DNA from: an archaeon
GTDB taxonomy: Archaea; EX4484-52; WAPT01
Assembly (NCBI GenBank): GCA_029258795.1
Contig: JAPDKB010000008.1
Location: 64,001 to 128,000 of the forward strand
DNA: 64,000 bases
Direction of reading: 5' to 3'
A model generated the notes under the pieces. That model did no database searches. It was given only the letters and a program-made list of their open reading frames with translations, and was not told the DNA's origin. Numbering within the stretch: the first letter of the stretch is position 1; every line of letters begins with the position of its first letter. A program made the position numbers and the translations under genes. Below, one piece after another: positions 57,728 to 64,000 of this stretch.

Positions 57728-59146
57728 TCACCCGTAAACCATTAAGGCGTGAGCCATCATTTTTCCTGCGGTGATTAAGGGCTCATACCATATGCCCAGC
57801 AGGAACGTGAGCGCGAAAAAAACGAAGACAATGGAGATGTGTGGGATTTTGTTCTCCACACTCCTTCTGTAATGGAATTCCTTTCTCAGATTGTAAGCGT
57901 TGAGGCCGTAAGCTGCTGACGCCAGGATAAGTGTGATGCTCAGCAAGAATACTGGAATGGATGCTTGCATAAATCCAATGATGGCAAGATACTTTGATAT
58001 GAATCCTGAGGTTAGGGGTACACCTATACTTGACACCACTCCTGTGGAAAACAGGAGCTCTATGAGCTCCTTAACTATGCCTCCTCGAAGCACGAGGCTT
58101 CCGAAGATGAGCGTTTCGAATATCATCATGTTGAGCTGGTGTATCATCGCATATACAATTAGTTCTCCGTTCAGCACTGAAGCTGTGAGAAGCATGAGGG
58201 CTAAAGCGGCTTGCGCCACGCTTCCGTATGCAAGTCCTTCCATAAGATTTTTTGCGCGGAACGCCATCACAATGACAACCAAACCAGTCACACCTGAAAG
58301 AACGGTCAGGAAAGTGGAAAAGATTTTCATGCTCAGGAGATTTAAATCAACCATCAGTTTGGAAAGCAGGTAGAAAGAAATTGTGGGCGATAATGCTCCA
58401 AGGAAAAATGCAAAGGGCACGTTGGTTGTGCGCATGAGCTTTGTCTTCCACAGGTAGAATGGAAACACTGCCAGCTTGAAAATCATTGCAAGTATGACCA
58501 TGGCTGATGCGAACAGTGCTGTGGGAAGCGGGTGGGTGGAAGCGATTCTTATTTCTTGGAGGTTGAGCGTGCCGTAAGCAGTATAGATAATGAACACGCC
58601 AAGAAGGAAGAAGGTTGATGCTAAGGAAGAGGAGAAAGCGTAATACAAAGCCGATCTGTATCTACCGCGCTCTTTGGAAATCGCTGCAAGTCCGTATGAT
58701 GCTATGCTCATCACTTCCATGTAAACGAATAGGTTGAACAGGTCGTTAGTGTGGAGCATGCCAAAGACGCCTATGAAGAGGAGAATGAACAGCACATGCG
58801 CCAAATGAGTTATCCTCTCGGTTTTTAAGCTCAGAAAAACGATCAGCATGGAAATCGCTGCGAAAAGCAGCAATATGGAGTTGTAGAAATTAACCGCAAC
58901 CTCAATACCATAAGGAGGGGGCCACCCACCCACGCTGAGCTCTAGTAGGGGGGAGCTACCAACAATCTCCAGAAATGTGTATGCCACAAGAACAACAACA
59001 ATCACTGGCACCACTAGATTCAGATTCTCTATCCAGCTGGACTTTTTCCTGGCTATCAGGATGAGATTGAGGATTAGGAAGAGCACAAGTACTGCCATCG
59101 TTCCAAAACTCGTGATTTCAAAGCTGCTTGCCCCAAATATTATCAT
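57728..59146 (-). CDS. mbhH: Mbh antiporter-like subunit (MrpD-like)
   Basis: GGWPPPYGIE, DLFNLFVYME, KLAVFPF, GVPLTSGFISK. Confidence 0.88.
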   Translation of the reverse strand: MIIFGASSFEITSFGTMAVLVLFLILNLILIARKKSSWIENLNLVVPVIVVVLVAYTFLEIVGSSPLLELSVGGWPPPYGIEVAVNFYNSILLLFAAISMLIVFLSLKTERITHLAHVLFILLFIGVFGMLHTNDLFNLFVYMEVMSIASYGLAAISKERGRYRSALYYAFSSSLASTFFLLGVFIIYTAYGTLNLQEIRIASTHPLPTALFASAMVILAMIFKLAVFPFYLWKTKLMRTTNVPFAFFLGALSPTISFYLLSKLMVDLNLLSMKIFSTFLTVLSGVTGLVVIVMAFRAKNLMEGLAYGSVAQAALALMLLTASVLNGELIVYAMIHQLNMMIFETLIFGSLVLRGGIVKELIELLFSTGVVSSIGVPLTSGFISKYLAIIGFMQASIPVFLLSITLILASAAYGLNAYNLRKEFHYRRSVENKIPHISIVFVFFALTFLLGIWYEPLITAGKMMAHALMVYG

Positions 59147-59475
59147 CTTTCACCACACTCTACCTTTCTTATGAATAATGCTAACAACACGGCAGTTATG
59201 GAAACGTCTATCACGATGGAAGTGAGTATGAGCGCCTGAGGTAAAGGGTCAACACTCATCTTTGCAAATGTATCGACGGCTGAAGCACTTGACAAAATCG
59301 GCGGGAGGGATGATGGGGAGAAGCCCGCGCTCGCCAGAAAAACATGCGTTCCATTCACCATGATGTTCAGACCCATCACTTTCTTTATCATGCTTTTCTC
59401 CACCACCACAACAACCATTCCTGTTGTGAAGAGCAACATGGCGAGTGTGTGTTCAATCATCTCACATACCTCCAT
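59143..59475 (-). CDS. mbhG: Mbh subunit G (MrpC-like)
   Basis: KKVMGL, DPLPQALILTSIVI. Confidence 0.88.
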   Translation of the reverse strand: MEVCEMIEHTLAMLLFTTGMVVVVVEKSMIKKVMGLNIMVNGTHVFLASAGFSPSSLPPILSSASAVDTFAKMSVDPLPQALILTSIVIDVSITAVLLALFIRKVECGER

Positions 59476-59849
59476 AGGATTATAACAAGGGCTGTTGTGA
59501 CCATCATACTTCCTGCAAAGTTCATGAGGAGTGTGTATTCCCCGCTCCAGAACGACATGATGTGTTGTGATTGGAGTATTTTCGCTCTGAAAGTTGCGCC
59601 AATCAGTAAAATAAGCAGGATCACAAAACCTCCGAAAGTTTCGAGGAATGAAAACTCCTTCTCCACAAATATTTCCCTTGCAACATTTTCTCTCATCGTG
59701 AGAAAAACCAGCAAAAACGCCGATGCCATGATGACTCCTCCAGCAAATCCCCCTCCAGGAGATAGGTGGCCGTGCAGCGCTACAGCCAGCCCTACCATCA
59801 TGATTATGGGAAACATTATTCTTGTGGATGCTCTGGCTATTTCATCCAT
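59457..59849 (-). CDS. mbhF: Mbh subunit F (MnhB-like)
   Basis: HGHLSPGGGFAGG. Confidence 0.88.
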   Translation of the reverse strand: MDEIARASTRIMFPIIMMVGLAVALHGHLSPGGGFAGGVIMASAFLLVFLTMRENVAREIFVEKEFSFLETFGGFVILLILLIGATFRAKILQSQHIMSFWSGEYTLLMNFAGSMMVTTALVIILWRYVR

Positions 59850-60144
59850 TTTCAACCACCTTTTTCCCTCTGTGCCTTTCTCTATAAAGCAAAGCAAGGA
59901 CTGAGATGGATGCTGCTATCAGCACGAGCTCTTCTCCAAGTGTATCATAGCCCCTGAACTCCCAGACTATCGCATTCACGGCATTAGCGGAAGTTAGAAG
60001 GTTTATGCTTTTCTCAGCATAAAATCTTGCAACATTTCCATACATCGTGGTTGTTGTGCTCATACCTATGAGTATTAGAATGCATGAGATAATGATCAGA
60101 GAGGCTGTTGCTGCAATCATCTCCACCTTATTCATACCTCTCAC
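59842..60144 (-). CDS. mbhE: Mbh subunit E
   Basis: NAVNAIVWEFRGYDTLGE. Confidence 0.85.
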   Translation of the reverse strand: MRGMNKVEMIAATASLIIISCILILIGMSTTTTMYGNVARFYAEKSINLLTSANAVNAIVWEFRGYDTLGEELVLIAASISVLALLYRERHRGKKVVENG

Positions 60145-60367
60145 CGCTCCTCTTTATGGCATAGACAAAGATGGCCGTGGATGCAGCGGCATTTACACTT
60201 GCCTGCGTTATTGCAAGATCCGGAGCGTTTACCAGATAAAAATACAGCGCAACAACGAAGTTCATCACTCCAAGCACTATCGCTGCTTTCAGCATATCCT
60301 TTAGCATTAGGACTCTTACGGACAGTATTATGCATATAGTCAATAGCAACACGTGAATGAATGACAT
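60128..60367 (-). CDS. mbhD: Mbh subunit D (DUF4040)
   Basis: APDLAITQA. Confidence 0.82.
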   Translation of the reverse strand: MSFIHVLLLTICIILSVRVLMLKDMLKAAIVLGVMNFVVALYFYLVNAPDLAITQASVNAAASTAIFVYAIKRSGERYE

Positions 60368-60370
60368 GGG

Positions 60371-60670
60371 TCATCTCCTCTTCCCTTTACCTTCAACAAC
60401 GTGTATTCGGTAGTGGCATCTTGCTATGAAGTGTGAGGAAACCGGAACGGTAAGGAAAGTCAGGAGCAGGAGGAACAGCGTTTTCACCCTGAGCTCGTGG
60501 GATGGCGCGTAAATGGAAAATAGCAGCAGGCTGAGCATGACACCCCCCACATATATCATGGTTGCGGACTGCATCTTCATCATGAAGCTTCTGAATCTGA
60601 TCACGCCTACTGTGCCCAGCAGCATGGAGATGGATGGGACGAGGAAAAGGATGTCATACATGGCCACCAT
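60371..60670 (-). CDS. mbhC: Mbh subunit C (MrpG-like)
   Basis: GVIRF, PVSSHFIAR. Confidence 0.8.
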   Translation of the reverse strand: MVAMYDILFLVPSISMLLGTVGVIRFRSFMMKMQSATMIYVGGVMLSLLLFSIYAPSHELRVKTLFLLLLTFLTVPVSSHFIARCHYRIHVVEGKGKRR

Positions 60671-60677
60671 CTATTCG

Positions 60678-60926
60678 TCACCCCCTAACGACGTATTTTG
60701 TTATGGCTATCGTGCCGATGAATGAAAGCAAAATCATGACTATACTTATGTCAAGATAGTATGCTGTTTCCCTCGAAAAAGCCATTATCACCAAATAGAT
60801 GGAGATCAGTGCTACTGTAAGATCAGTGTACATCATCAGCTCGTAAAGTTTTCTCGAGGTTAGCAGCTTCACAAACACCATTATACTGGTTAACAGGAGC
60901 ACGTAAGTGTAAAGCATGGTCACCAC
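60678..60926 (-). CDS. mbhB: Mbh subunit B (MrpF-like)
   Basis: YLDI...LSFIGTIA. Confidence 0.8.
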   Translation of the reverse strand: MVTMLYTYVLLLTSIMVFVKLLTSRKLYELMMYTDLTVALISIYLVIMAFSRETAYYLDISIVMILLSFIGTIAITKYVVRG

Positions 60927-61375
60927 CTCAACGCATCAACGTATTTTTTTCCAACCTGCTTCTTGAGTTCTGGAGATGCAACATGCACGATAGCACTATC
61001 ATCATCGCACCTTACAACTATAGTCCCGGGTGTTAGAGTTATCCCGTTGTAAACGAGGAGGTTGACAAGCTCATGATGAGTTGGTCGTTTAATTTTGATG
61101 AAACTCTCTTTTTCCTCCCCTCTCAGGATTATCAGTGTCATGCGAGCATGAGCTTTGATTTCTTCCAAAACAAGCCGTACCGAGTACCTTATAAAAGCCA
61201 CAACACCCTGAAGAACTTTCAGCTCCTCCTTTCTCGGGAACGTGAAACGTGCCGACATGAAAGTCACTGCTATGGAAGCTCCGACACCAACCACCAGCTC
61301 GTCAGGGCTTGTTGCGCCTGTGAACATTATCCAGCATCCTATAAGGATGAGGAACACCACAAAATATCTCTTCAT
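60920..61375 (-). CDS. mbhA: Mbh subunit A (MrpE-like)
   Basis: NGITLTPGT, VH. Confidence 0.85.
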   Translation of the reverse strand: MKRYFVVFLILIGCWIMFTGATSPDELVVGVGASIAVTFMSARFTFPRKEELKVLQGVVAFIRYSVRLVLEEIKAHARMTLIILRGEEKESFIKIKRPTHHELVNLLVYNGITLTPGTIVVRCDDDSAIVHVASPELKKQVGKKYVDALRW

Positions 61376-61463
61376 GCTGATATTTTTGTTTCATCCATGA
61401 TATATAGTTTTGGGTGGACGGTTTCGAAATCTTTATATAGTGGCGTGAGAAAAAATTAACTTC

Positions 61464-61778
61464 ATGCCCGAGTTCATATTTAGATTACCTGATGGGAAGG
61501 AAGTCGGGAGAGCGAAAAACTTGCGGGAATTTTTGAAAAAGCTCAAAGAAGTCCCCCTTGAGAGTTTGGAGTATCACTTCTACAACAAACACTTTGCACC
61601 GTGGTTGAAGGATAATGGACATGGGAAGCTGGTTGCAAGGATGAATCTTGTGAAGGTTAAAAGCAGGGAGGAGCTGCGCGACAAGCTCGTTGCGTGCGTT
61701 AAAGCGTATATGGATTCAACATCCAAATCAAGGAAAGGAAAGAGCGGGAGGGGCAGGAAAAATGCTAAAAGGCGTTAA
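61464..61778 (+). CDS. DUF5752-like small protein
   Basis: AKNLREF...SLEYH...HFAPWL. Confidence 0.6.
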   Translation: MPEFIFRLPDGKEVGRAKNLREFLKKLKEVPLESLEYHFYNKHFAPWLKDNGHGKLVARMNLVKVKSREELRDKLVACVKAYMDSTSKSRKGKSGRGRKNAKRR

Positions 61779-62397
61779 GGTTGGATTTGTTATCCTTGCT
61801 TTTGCTGTTCTTCTCACGCTCCATTTCTATACTTTTCTGCCCGGAAGGATAGCGATACACTGGAACGCTGAAGGAGTGCCGGATGGTTATGCATCAAAAG
61901 AAGCAGGACTTATGCTCATTCCACTAATTCTTCTCATGGTCCTGCTTCTCTTCGAGGCGATACCCAGAATAGACCCGCTTTCAAAGAACATAAAGAAGTT
62001 CATGAATTTTTATGATGGGTTCGTGATAGCTTTTGCCATATTCATGGCTTTTGTGCAGGTGCTCCTCTTGCTTTACAATGCGGGGTATGCTTTCAACATG
62101 GGCTCACTGATTATTGGAGCGTTGGGCATTTTCCTCGTTTACATCGGAATCGTGCTACCTCACCTCAGAAGAAACTGGTTTATCGGGATAAGGACTCCGT
62201 GGACTCTTAGCAGCGAGGCAGTTTGGGAGAAAACTCACAAATTGGGCGGGAAGCTGTTCATCTGTGCGGGCATCATCTCCTTGCTTTTCAGTGTGTTTTT
62301 CAGCAAGGCCGTTGTTGTGCTTGTCATTCTTCTGATAGCCATCAGCGTTATTCTCATCACGTATTCTTACCTGCTCTGGAGGAAGGAAAGGAAGTGA
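61762..62397 (+). CDS. SdpI / DUF1648 family membrane protein
   Basis: LP.RIAIHW...G.PDG, NWFIGIRTPWTL, W.KTH. Confidence 0.85.
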   Translation: MLKGVKVGFVILAFAVLLTLHFYTFLPGRIAIHWNAEGVPDGYASKEAGLMLIPLILLMVLLLFEAIPRIDPLSKNIKKFMNFYDGFVIAFAIFMAFVQVLLLLYNAGYAFNMGSLIIGALGIFLVYIGIVLPHLRRNWFIGIRTPWTLSSEAVWEKTHKLGGKLFICAGIISLLFSVFFSKAVVVLVILLIAISVILITYSYLLWRKERK

Positions 62398-62875
62398 GCT
62401 CTTCCGAGCTGACCACCCTTCTGAAATTCTCTGGATGCCAGGAGTTGGGATAGTCAACCCATCTCGCATGATTCTGCTCCACAAGCAATCGATTCACGTT
62501 GAGAAAATGAGTCCTGTTCGCTTTCACGTAAAGAATGGCAATAACCCTTCCGTACCCGTCATAGGTGCTTTTTTCGTCCACATCCAGATACACGGTGGTG
62601 TGATTTGAGAGCAATCTTTCCAGAAATTCCTTGGCCTCCTTGCCTCCTTCCTCTTCCAGCTCAAACGCATCTATGTCAGCAAGCCGCACCTTAAAACTCT
62701 GGTTTTCCTTGAAGCCAGCAGTACTTTTAACCCAGAGAGTATCGCCGTCCACCACCCTTTCAACGACACAGATAGCGTTGATTTCGGGAGAGGGCGTGCT
62801 ACCATTCTGAACGCAGAAGAGATTGAGCAATATCGCAATCAGCAAAAAGAATGGTATTTTGGTTCGCATCTCCAT
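62357..62875 (-). CDS. thermonuclease (SNase) family secreted nuclease
   Basis: VVDGDT, VRLADID..E, D.YGR. Confidence 0.85.
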   Translation of the reverse strand: MEMRTKIPFFLLIAILLNLFCVQNGSTPSPEINAICVVERVVDGDTLWVKSTAGFKENQSFKVRLADIDAFELEEEGGKEAKEFLERLLSNHTTVYLDVDEKSTYDGYGRVIAILYVKANRTHFLNVNRLLVEQNHARWVDYPNSWHPENFRRVVSSEELTSFPSSRAGKNT

Positions 62876-62929
62876 ATTCCATACTGAAAGATGATTATGA
62901 ATTTAAATTTAGGGTGAAATTATAGGTTT

Positions 62930-63253
62930 ATGAGAAGCAACGGGTATCTGAAAAAAGTTGAAGAGAGTATAAGAAACTCTGAGGCGTACAGAGAGCTGAT
63001 CGATGAGGCGGGTGGATTGAGTAAGAGGTATGTTGAGAAACAGCTCGATAGATTTCTGAGAATTATCAGAATTGGGCTGGATGAGAACGTGATGGAAATC
63101 AGCAGGAGAGAGCTTGATGAGCTCATTGATGCCGGGAAGATGGGAGATGTGTTCAGAATGTACGTGGATAACGGCATTTATGGTGGTGATCTGACCTCAC
63201 CACAAACAACCTACAGGATCATTAAAAGATGCATGGAGAAGGCGAAGCTATAA
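62930..63253 (+). CDS. hypothetical protein
   Basis: 107-aa ORF. Confidence 0.5.
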   Translation: MRSNGYLKKVEESIRNSEAYRELIDEAGGLSKRYVEKQLDRFLRIIRIGLDENVMEISRRELDELIDAGKMGDVFRMYVDNGIYGGDLTSPQTTYRIIKRCMEKAKL

Positions 63254-63958
63254 TTTTTCAGCGAGTTCTGTGATTACGTTCTTCAGCTTTCCCTGCACCC
63301 TTTTCATGAGCTCAAAGACCTCCTCCAGCGTTATCCTGCTCTGCATACCCGCCGCGTAGTTGGTAACAACGCAAAGCGACGCGTATTCCAAATTCTGTTC
63401 TCTGGCGAGGACGGCCTCTGGTACGGAGGTCATGCCAACGACATGAGCTCCGAGCATTCCGTACATTCTTATCTCTGCTGGCGTCTCAAATCTTGGACCT
63501 GCGGTACACACGTAGATTTTGTTGGTATGAACGACGAACCTCGCTTTTTCGCACAGCTCCTTCAGGATTGAAATCAATCTTTCCGAATACGGGTTGGTCA
63601 TGTCCACATGCACTACCTCATCCTCAAAATACGTCCACACATGCTTCGTGAAGTCAAGAAAATCAGATGGCAACACAACGCTTCCAGGTTTGATTTCTTC
63701 TGTGAGGGAGCCCACCGAGTTTATTCCTACCACAATTTTAGCGTTGGAAAGCTTAGCCGCCATTATATTTGCATGATGATTCAGTTTGTGTGGTGGTGCT
63801 TCATGCTCCTTTCCATGGCGCGGAATGAAAAGGAATTCCTTGCTTTCCGTGGATTTAACACGATATGCAACAACCTTTCCGTAAGGTGTGCTTATCTCAA
63901 CCTCCTCACTATCCTCAAACAGCTTTTCCAGTCCGCTCCCTCCTATCACGCAGAGCAT
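63248..63958 (-). CDS. mtnP: MTAP-family purine nucleoside phosphorylase
   Basis: IGGSG, TPYG, PRHG, GPRFETPAE, VGMT..PE, VTNYAAG. Confidence 0.9.
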   Translation of the reverse strand: MLCVIGGSGLEKLFEDSEEVEISTPYGKVVAYRVKSTESKEFLFIPRHGKEHEAPPHKLNHHANIMAAKLSNAKIVVGINSVGSLTEEIKPGSVVLPSDFLDFTKHVWTYFEDEVVHVDMTNPYSERLISILKELCEKARFVVHTNKIYVCTAGPRFETPAEIRMYGMLGAHVVGMTSVPEAVLAREQNLEYASLCVVTNYAAGMQSRITLEEVFELMKRVQGKLKNVITELAEKL

Positions 63959-64000
63959 GAAGAAAAATTGTGGAAGAAAAGATTTTATTGTTGGCGCCGG

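Noticed and set aside
61762-62397. SdpI as the immunity gene of the Trp-repeat RiPP
   Set aside because: More than 50 kb away and a widespread family; no linkage evidence

Overview
Archaeal genomic window, most likely from a DPANN lineage (inferred from the single-polypeptide PriS/PriL-type primase, many small class III signal-peptide genes and BHB-intron tRNAs). It is unusually rich metabolically: pyrB/pyrI/pyrF/pyrH, RuMP hps/phi, a tetraether lipid synthase-like radical SAM enzyme and a full Mbh-type membrane [NiFe] hydrogenase/Mrp operon. The main discovery is at 6420-10174: a compact RiPP-like operon with HxsD-like, HxsC-like and HxsB-like (radical SAM/SPASM) genes. Its precursor carries a Trp-Xaa-Xaa repeat core (WSN-WIE-WAD-WKE-WCE-WGK-WGN) instead of His-Xaa-Ser repeats. 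The operon ends in a degenerate prepilin-peptidase-like membrane protein and sits inside a type IV pilin-like gene island. Other signals: two armless tRNA-like minihelices plus a pseudoknot near the window start; four intron-containing tRNAs, including homologous T-loop introns and a tRNA-Leu(CAA) intron that looks like a C'/D' guide for its own C34; an integron-type gene cassette with attC; and a duplicated surface-protein gene with one pseudogenised copy. All family calls come from motif recognition by eye; no database searches were run.
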